DNA of 24,000 nt, from assembly GCA_965220515.1 (NCBI GenBank), contig OZ244831.1, positions 975,322-999,321 of the forward strand, in the 5' to 3' direction. The notes beneath the pieces were generated by a model. That model searched no databases and was not told the origin of the DNA. It saw nothing but the letters and a program-made list of their open reading frames with translations. The stretch comes from Dehalococcoidia bacterium (GTDB lineage Bacteria; Chloroflexota; Dehalococcoidia; Lucifugimonadales; Lucifugimonadaceae). Below are positions 1 to 5,218 of the stretch, piece after piece; position 1 is the stretch's first letter, and every line of letters begins with the position of its first letter. A program made the position numbers and the translations under genes.

Positions 1-560
1 AGCTTACGAACAGCTTCCGCAAGCATTTGATTCGCAGCCTTTGCTACCGGCGCCTTGAGGTATAGGTCGGCCGCTGTGGGTTCGCCGCTGCTGAATAACA
101 GAGTCAGCGGATCTGCTTGGCCATGCAGCACATCGGCGAGCGCAGCACCAGATCGTCTGAAGAGTCCTACCTCCGTCTGGCCGTGCGAATACGTCTCCGA
201 CATCTGTGTGTGGAAAGCTTCTGGGGTTGCTGGCAACTCTTCAGGCAACGGGTCGTCGGGGCCCAAAAGGACCGTGAAACCGTCATTTCTCTCATCCAAC
301 ACTCCGGATGCCGCCAACATTTCGAGCAACCTACGGAAGAGGCGCTTATGCTCCTCAAGCACGCCCAAGCTTTCTCTAAGCTCTTCGGCGTTGATCAGAT
401 CTCCTGATCGACGCTGCCATCCCAGTTTTTCGAGAGTCAGCAGCGCGTATGAACGTGACCAACGCTCCATATCCGTCAGAAGCGCGTTTCTACTGATGGG
501 ATCGACTTCTGCCTCGGTGAGGTAGTCAGAGAACAACCCGGAACCAGCGGCGACATCCGA
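1..560 (-). other. Start of a probable embedded C-methyltransferase region (incomplete)
   Basis: The segment GLFRRSGAALADVLHGQADPLTLLFSSGEPTAADLYLKAPVAKAANQMLAEAV resembles the stretch that opens embedded cMT domains in PKSs. The SAM-binding motifs would lie outside the window. Confidence 0.4.
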
Positions 561-3500
561 CGGGTTCGGGAAGAAATCTGCGGGGACTATCCCCGGCTCG
601 AGTGCGCGATCACGCCATACCACCTGGTAAAGGAGGTCGTCTACTTCTTCGACCGCCGACAACAGTGCTTCGGGAGTGGCTCGTTTGACCGTGTAACCAC
701 TAAACCCACCGATCAACTCGCCACTCAAGTCGTAGATGCGCAATTCGCCGCTAAGGACTTCGGGATGCTCAACGGACTGAGTCGATTCACTCATCCGGAC
801 GTGACATATCAATCGATCCGGAAGCCGCTTCGTCAACCACATTCGCTCCCACCCGAACGGTAAATACGTTGGTTCATCAACCGCGCCAGACATGTTGCGT
901 GCGACCCCAACGACTTGGAAACAGCCATCAAGCAATAAAGGATGAACGTCCAACTCGTTGCGACCGAGGAGTTCCGGCAAAACCACCTCGCCCAACGCCT
1001 CGCCTTCACCGACCCACGCTCTGTCCAGCGTACGGAACAGTGGCCCAAGATCGATCCCAGTGTCTAATTTGGCTCGGTAATAGTCCGACACATCCGATGG
1101 CGACAATCGGGATTTCAGACTCTCAAGGTCAATCCGTTCGCCAACTTCCGATGGCGTAGCTACGGTTGATACACGCCCTTCGATGTGCATGGTCCAGTCG
1201 CCATCGCTACTCTTGCTAAAAACTTGGACGCTACGTGACGAAGATTGTTCGGATTCGTCGAGCACGACCTGGACAGCCCGACCTTCTTCGTCGGAATCGC
1301 CGTCGGAGGCTCTTTCAGAAAAGACCAGCGGGTTGTGCAGTTGCATGTCCTCAAGCACCAATCCGCCACCCTCTGCGGATGATGCCGTTACCGCCATTGC
1401 CCCATACAACGCGCCAGGTGCTACGATACGGCCGAAGACTCGGTGGTCGTTCAACCAAACGGGATCGAGAGGCAACACTTCGGTCTCATAGGAGATCTCG
1501 CCACGGGCTCCTTCATGCCGGACTCCGAGCAATGGGTGGCCTGAAACCGCTCTACGTTGCTTGCCTTGCTCAACCCAATGACGCTCCCGTTGGAACGGAT
1601 AGGTAGGAAGCGAAATCTTGCGACGACTCTCTCCTGCGAATAGACCTTCAAACGAGATATCTAGACCGGCTTTGTAGGCGTCTGCAACGGCATCAACGAA
1701 ACTGGTCTCAGCATCCGACGAAGATCCGTCTCTCGGTGGCCTACGCAGGCTGGCTATGGATTCCGGTGCTTCGGATACGTTGGAACCTGCGACCGACTCT
1801 GGCCAGCATAGAGTGGCCATCGGACCGAGCACCGAGTGCGGGCCTATCTCCACCACCAGATCCACGCCGAGTTCCGCCATCGTCTTTACGCCGCTCGCGA
1901 AAGCAACCGCCTCGCGTGCATGTCGCCTCCAGTACGCGCCATCTAGGTTCATACCGGAATCAACCGCTTTACCCGTCAGATTGCTGACAAATGTCACCGA
2001 CGGTGACCCGATAGACACACCTTCCAAGAACGATTCCAATGCGTCAAGCGATGGTTCAACCAAAGCACTGTGAAACGCTTTGCTCGTGTTTAGTCTGCGC
2101 GCCCGGATGCCTTGGGCTTCGGAGTGCTCGACGATCCCTTCGATGTCCACGACTGGGCCGCTGACCACTTGGTGTGCGCCGTTATAGCCCGCGATGCTCA
2201 ACCCAACGCCAGCCGAATCGGCATTTAGTTGCTCAATCGTGGACTCGACTTCTGCCGCCGGTGCGAATACGGCGGCCATTGTTCCGGTTTCTGTTGCCGA
2301 CAGAAGTGTGCCTCGCACCGCGGCGAATCGCATTCCGTCTTCTAGAGAGAAGACGCCGGCAGTGTGTGCCGCTGCTATCTCTCCTACGCTGTGACCCAAA
2401 ACGATGTTGGGTCGGATGCCAACACTCTCCCATAGAGCAGTTAACGCGCAGCCTAGTGCATATAGCGCTGGCTGCTCCCAAGCCGTGTCGCTGAGATCCC
2501 CTTCCGCACCGTTCCTACCCCACATCACATCTAAGAGCGATTCGCCTCGTTCCTCCTTGAACACCTTTTCACAACGGTCCATCACGGCGCGAACTACCGG
2601 CTCGCTGTCATATAGGGCTCGTCCCATCCCTAACCATTGGCTTCCTTGGCCGGTGTACAGGAACGCGATGTTGGTCCGTGAAACTGGCTCCGAAATCGGA
2701 GCAGTTTCAGCCAACTCGCTGAGACAGTCCTTCAACGAATCGGCATCGCGGAATAACACACCCGATCGTCGTTCGAAATGGGTCCTGCCTACCGCCGCAG
2801 TCCACGCCATATCGGATAGCAATGCGTCGGTCACGTCACCAGAGTGATCCTCCGACGACTTTTCATCGAGCCACGCTGTGTAACGCTTTGCTAGATCCCG
2901 TACCGCGCCTTCTGATTTGCCTGACAACGGCAGGAAACGATCTTGACGATTACTCGTTGCGTCTTTCGACTTGGCAACTTCAGCGACTGATTCGGGGATC
3001 GAAACCGGGATCGTCTTCGCAGATCCGGCCAATCCATTTTCATAGACCGTCTCATCGGTCGAACCGGAATAGCTTTCCAACACGATGTGGGCATTCGTGC
3101 CGGATATCCCGAACGAGTTGACTCCGGCCAATCTTGGGCGCCCGTTTCGCCGCGGCCAGTCCATATTCTCCGTCGTAACCTGCAACGGGAGACTGTCCCA
3201 GTCGAGTCTCGGATTAGGGTCGTTGAAATGTAGATGTTTGGGAATGAAGCCTCGTTCGACCGCCATCACCGCCTTGATTAATCCTGCTATCCCAGCCGCC
3301 GACTCCAAATGTCCGACATTGGTTTTTACCGACCCCATGAGGAGCGGCCGATCTGATTCCCGCCCTTCTCCATAGACATTCGCAACCGCTTCAACTTCTA
3401 TCGGGTCGCCAACCGCTGTTCCGGTTCCGTGAGCTTCTAGGTAATCAACCTCCGATGGCGGAATGCCGGCATCAGAGTGAGCGGTTTGGATCAATTTCTC

Positions 3501-4379
3501 CATCGCCGGTGCGTGCGGGACAGTCAAACCTGCGCTTGCTCCGCCATGATTAACTGCTGAACCTCGAATCACCGCCCATATGCGATCACCGTCTGCGTTG
3601 GCGTCGCTCAACCGCTTCAAGACGACGACTCCGCAACCTTCACCCCGCACGTAGCCATCCGCCGAAGCGTCGAAGGTTTTGCACTGCCCTTCCGGGGACA
3701 ACATCATGGCTTCGGCACGCAACTCGTATATACGCCCGTTGAGGATTGCCTGAACTCCGCCGGCTAGCGCGAGATCGGCTTTGCCATGCTGGAGGTCGCT
3801 TACTGCGTCGTGAACTGCGACAAGGGCTGATGCACAGGCGGCGTCAACCGCTTTAGCTGGACCATTTAGACCGAGGACGAACGATACGCGTCCAGCTGTC
3901 CCGTTGAGGTTCGTGCCGCTCAGGGCGTAAAGGCTGCCTGCGGCTTCGGAGGGTCTTGTGGAATCCAAGACCAACATTCGGTATTCGTCGTTGCTGATGC
4001 CGGAGTAGACGCCAGTTTTGCTGCCTTTGAGACGTGTTGGATCGATGCCTGCGTCTTCAAGCGCGAGCCAACTGGCTTCGAGCATCATGCGCTGCTGGGG
4101 GTCCAGCAGATCGGCTTCTACTGGCGATATTCGGAAGAATCCAGCGTCGAACTGATCGATGTCGTCGACGAACGCGCCGTAGCGACATGCTTCGTTATCT
4201 ACGGGGCCATCGCGGAAAATCTGCCCCATCCGCCCTTCTCCCGGACCTGCGAAGCCCTCGGTCACCGCGTTCCCGCCATCCATCAACAACTGCCAGAACG
4301 CGTCCAAATTCGCAGCTCCGGGGAAGTTGCACGCCATTCCGATTACAGCAATCGGCTCTCTTGTTGCGTTTTCGGGCAT
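1..4379 (-). CDS. Type I polyketide synthase, N-terminal portion (KS-AT-DH plus start of probable C-methyltransferase region); 3' end lies beyond window start
   Basis: The minus-strand frame with ATG at 4379-4377 stays open to position 3. It lacks a stop in the window, so it is absent from the ORF track, and none of the listed minus ORFs in 1-4379 share its frame. Translation begins MPENATREPIAVIGMACNFPGA. KS motifs: DAACAS (Cys codon 3834-3836), EAHGTGT, GSVKTNVGHLESAAG, GTNAHIVLE. AT motifs: FLYTGQGSQWLGMG, GHSVGE (Ser codon 2388-2390), KAFHS. Post-AT linker: LPTYPFQRERHW. DH motifs: HPLLG (His codon 1536-1538), LNDHRVFGRIVAPGALY, HPLLLDGCFQ. Confidence 0.9.
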   Translation of the reverse strand, partial: MPENATREPIAVIGMACNFPGAANLDAFWQLLMDGGNAVTEGFAGPGEGRMGQIFRDGPVDNEACRYGAFVDDIDQFDAGFFRISPVEADLLDPQQRMMLEASWLALEDAGIDPTRLKGSKTGVYSGISNDEYRMLVLDSTRPSEAAGSLYALSGTNLNGTAGRVSFVLGLNGPAKAVDAACASALVAVHDAVSDLQHGKADLALAGGVQAILNGRIYELRAEAMMLSPEGQCKTFDASADGYVRGEGCGVVVLKRLSDANADGDRIWAVIRGSAVNHGGASAGLTVPHAPAMEKLIQTAHSDAGIPPSEVDYLEAHGTGTAVGDPIEVEAVANVYGEGRESDRPLLMGSVKTNVGHLESAAGIAGLIKAVMAVERGFIPKHLHFNDPNPRLDWDSLPLQVTTENMDWPRRNGRPRLAGVNSFGISGTNAHIVLESYSGSTDETVYENGLAGSAKTIPVSIPESVAEVAKSKDATSNRQDRFLPLSGKSEGAVRDLAKRYTAWLDEKSSEDHSGDVTDALLSDMAWTAAVGRTHFERRSGVLFRDADSLKDCLSELAETAPISEPVSRTNIAFLYTGQGSQWLGMGRALYDSEPVVRAVMDRCEKVFKEERGESLLDVMWGRNGAEGDLSDTAWEQPALYALGCALTALWESVGIRPNIVLGHSVGEIAAAHTAGVFSLEDGMRFAAVRGTLLSATETGTMAAVFAPAAEVESTIEQLNADSAGVGLSIAGYNGAHQVVSGPVVDIEGIVEHSEAQGIRARRLNTSKAFHSALVEPSLDALESFLEGVSIGSPSVTFVSNLTGKAVDSGMNLDGAYWRRHAREAVAFASGVKTMAELGVDLVVEIGPHSVLGPMATLCWPESVAGSNVSEAPESIASLRRPPRDGSSSDAETSFVDAVADAYKAGLDISFEGLFAGESRRKISLPTYPFQRERHWVEQGKQRRAVSGHPLLGVRHEGARGEISYETEVLPLDPVWLNDHRVFGRIVAPGALYGAMAVTASSAEGGGLVLEDMQLHNPLVFSERASDGDSDEEGRAVQVVLDESEQSSSRSVQVFSKSSDGDWTMHIEGRVSTVATPSEVGERIDLESLKSRLSPSDVSDYYRAKLDTGIDLGPLFRTLDRAWVGEGEALGEVVLPELLGRNELDVHPLLLDGCFQVVGVARNMSGAVDEPTYLPFGWERMWLTKRLPDRLICHVRMSESTQSVEHPEVLSGELRIYDLSGELIGGFSGYTVKRATPEALLSAVEEVDDLLYQVVWRDRALEPGIVPADFFPNPSDVAAGSGLFSDYLTEAEVDPISRNALLTDMERWSRSYALLTLEKLGWQRRSGDLINAEELRESLGVLEEHKRLFRRLLEMLAASGVLDERNDGFTVLLGPDDPLPEELPATPEAFHTQMSETYSHGQTEVGLFRRSGAALADVLHGQADPLTLLFSSGEPTAADLYLKAPVAKAANQMLAEAVRK
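700..1545 (-). other. Dehydratase (DH) domain, double hot-dog type
   Basis: Has HPLLGVRHEGARGEISYETEV, LNDHRVFGRIVAPGALY and a later DVHPLLLDGCFQ motif. Boundaries are approximate. Confidence 0.7.
1815..2670 (-). other. Acyltransferase (AT) domain, probably malonyl-CoA specific
   Basis: Has FLYTGQGSQ, GHSVGEIAAAH and a KAFHS motif (xAFH type rather than YASH). It is followed by the LPTYPFQRERHW linker. Substrate specificity is inferred from motif conventions only. Confidence 0.75.
3075..4361 (-). other. Ketosynthase (KS) domain of the PKS
   Basis: Runs from EPIAVIGMACNFPGA to GTNAHIVLE. It has the active-site Cys in VDAACASALVA and both catalytic His motifs (EAHGTGT, KTNVGHLE). Boundaries are approximate. 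Confidence 0.85.
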
Positions 4380-4540
4380 AGATTTACCGTTGGTTTCTGT
4401 TTCTCAGAATAGCGTTTTGGAGGGGTTCAAGTGATGACATATCGTATCACTTCGCGGCGGGGAAGGGGTTGGGAATCGGCTTGCGGTCATGCCGCCAAAT
4501 TGCCGCTCTTGCCGGAGTTTTGCCGCTGGATGCCGCGAAA

Positions 4541-4557
4541 TTGCCGCTGAGCGGCAA
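4541..4557. promoter_or_regulatory. Palindrome TTGCCGC-TGA-GCGGCAA (candidate operator or protein-binding site)
   Basis: Perfect 7-bp arms. Related TTGCCGCT or ATGCCGC half-sites lie at 4500, 4520 and 4530. Confidence 0.5.
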
Positions 4558-4694
4558 GATCATGGGAGGGCTGTGTTGTGGTGTTGTTCGGAGTACCGTG
4601 TGGGAGATGGGGCGGGTGTCGGTGTTTGGGGTTTGAGGGATGGTGGTTTTCGTAGGATTTGGGGATTTGGTTGGAAGCGGAATTTAGAACAAAC

Positions 4695-4712
4695 TTGCCG
4701 CTAGAGCGGCAA
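4695..4712. promoter_or_regulatory. Palindrome TTGCCGCT-AG-AGCGGCAA (second copy of the same motif)
   Basis: Perfect 8-bp arms with the same half-site as 4541-4557. It overlaps the right arm of the 20-bp inverted repeat. Confidence 0.5.
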
Positions 4713-4729
4713 AACTCCGGCAAGATTAG

Positions 4730-4749
4730 TTTTTGAACAAGTTCAAAAA
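4730..4749. promoter_or_regulatory. AT-rich palindrome TTTTTGAAC-AA-GTTCAAAAA
   Basis: Perfect 9-bp arms, and conspicuous in a GC-rich context. Function unknown. Confidence 0.4.
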
Positions 4750-4904
4750 GTTGTGTGTTCCGCCCCCGTATCGGGGTACGGGGCGTGGTTGTTGTTGTGG
4801 TGTGCGCAGATTCATGGTGCGGAGCGGCGTTTTTTGGGTGGTGCGCGTCCATCGTCATAGACGCTCAATCATAGCGACACGTTTATGACACGGAAAATTC
4901 TTGT

Positions 4905-4922
4905 ATGTCACTTTTTTGACAT
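4905..4922. promoter_or_regulatory. Inverted repeat ATGTCA-N6-TGACAT containing a consensus TTGACA hexamer
   Basis: ATGTCA (4905-4910) pairs with TGACAT (4917-4922), and a related ATGACA sits at 4885-4890. TTGACA at 4916-4921 matches a -35 box, but no good -10 lies at 17 bp. Confidence 0.3.
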
Positions 4923-4957
4923 GCATTGAGCGGATAACCTTGTGAGTCGGTATGGCA

Positions 4958-4989
4958 AACATGGACTGGCCGCATCCCCGGTCCATGTT
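4958..4989. other. Stem-loop: 9-bp perfect stem with a 14-nt loop
   Basis: AACATGGAC (4958-4966) pairs with GTCCATGTT (4981-4989). No U-tract follows. Confidence 0.4.
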
Positions 4990-5138
4990 GCCATTCCTCC
5001 CGAGCGATGCTAGACGGATTTACAGCTATGAATCTTCCCGATAACGCTTCGAGCGTCTCGGCACTTCCAGGTCTGAGATCGATCGGACGTCTTGCCAGAT
5101 GTAAGAGATCGCAATTTTGGAACATTAGTCTGATAAAC

Positions 5139-5149
5139 GGGGGGGGGGG
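5139..5149 (+). repeat. G11 homopolymer tract just upstream of, and in frame with, the LRR ORF
   Basis: Counted directly as 11 consecutive G at 5139-5149, about 70 nt before the GTG at 5219. Confidence 0.9.
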
Positions 5150-5218
5150 TACAGCCTACTAGCCCGCGGTAGCGGGACGCTTTTTCGCATACGATTTTAC
5201 GCGCTGGCGGTTGCGGCA

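Larger units (their letters stand above)
4508..4724. repeat. Perfect 20-bp inverted repeat flanking a ~177-bp G/T-rich core
   Basis: CTTGCCGGAGTTTTGCCGCT at 4508-4527 is the exact reverse complement of AGCGGCAAAACTCCGGCAAG at 4705-4724. Confidence 0.9.

Noticed and set aside
55-4381. About 25 listed ORFs of 60-156 aa on both strands across the first 4.4 kb (e.g. 55-525 +, 2404-2847 +, 4034-4381 +, 2233-2481 -)
   Set aside because: All are in frames other than the long open minus-strand PKS frame. Their translations are Arg/Ser/Pro-rich, typical of off-frame GC-rich coding DNA, and none shows a recognisable motif.
4730-4749. GAAC..GTTC palindrome as a possible LexA (Cheo-type) SOS box
   Set aside because: Cheo-type boxes have GAAC-N4-GTTC spacing, while here the spacer is 2 nt. 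No SOS gene is adjacent. It is retained only as an unassigned palindrome.
4487-4858. 123-aa minus-strand ORF and 71-aa plus-strand ORF in the PKS/LRR intergenic region
   Set aside because: The translations are low-complexity (His/Pro/Thr/Asn runs) and derive from the G/T-rich tract and the palindromes. There is no RBS and no motif. The region is better explained as non-coding repeats and regulatory DNA.
4928-4938. GAGCGGATAAC, an 11-mer identical to part of the E. coli lac operator O1
   Set aside because: There is no palindromic partner half-site and no LacI-family gene in the window. An 11-mer match of this kind is most likely coincidence.
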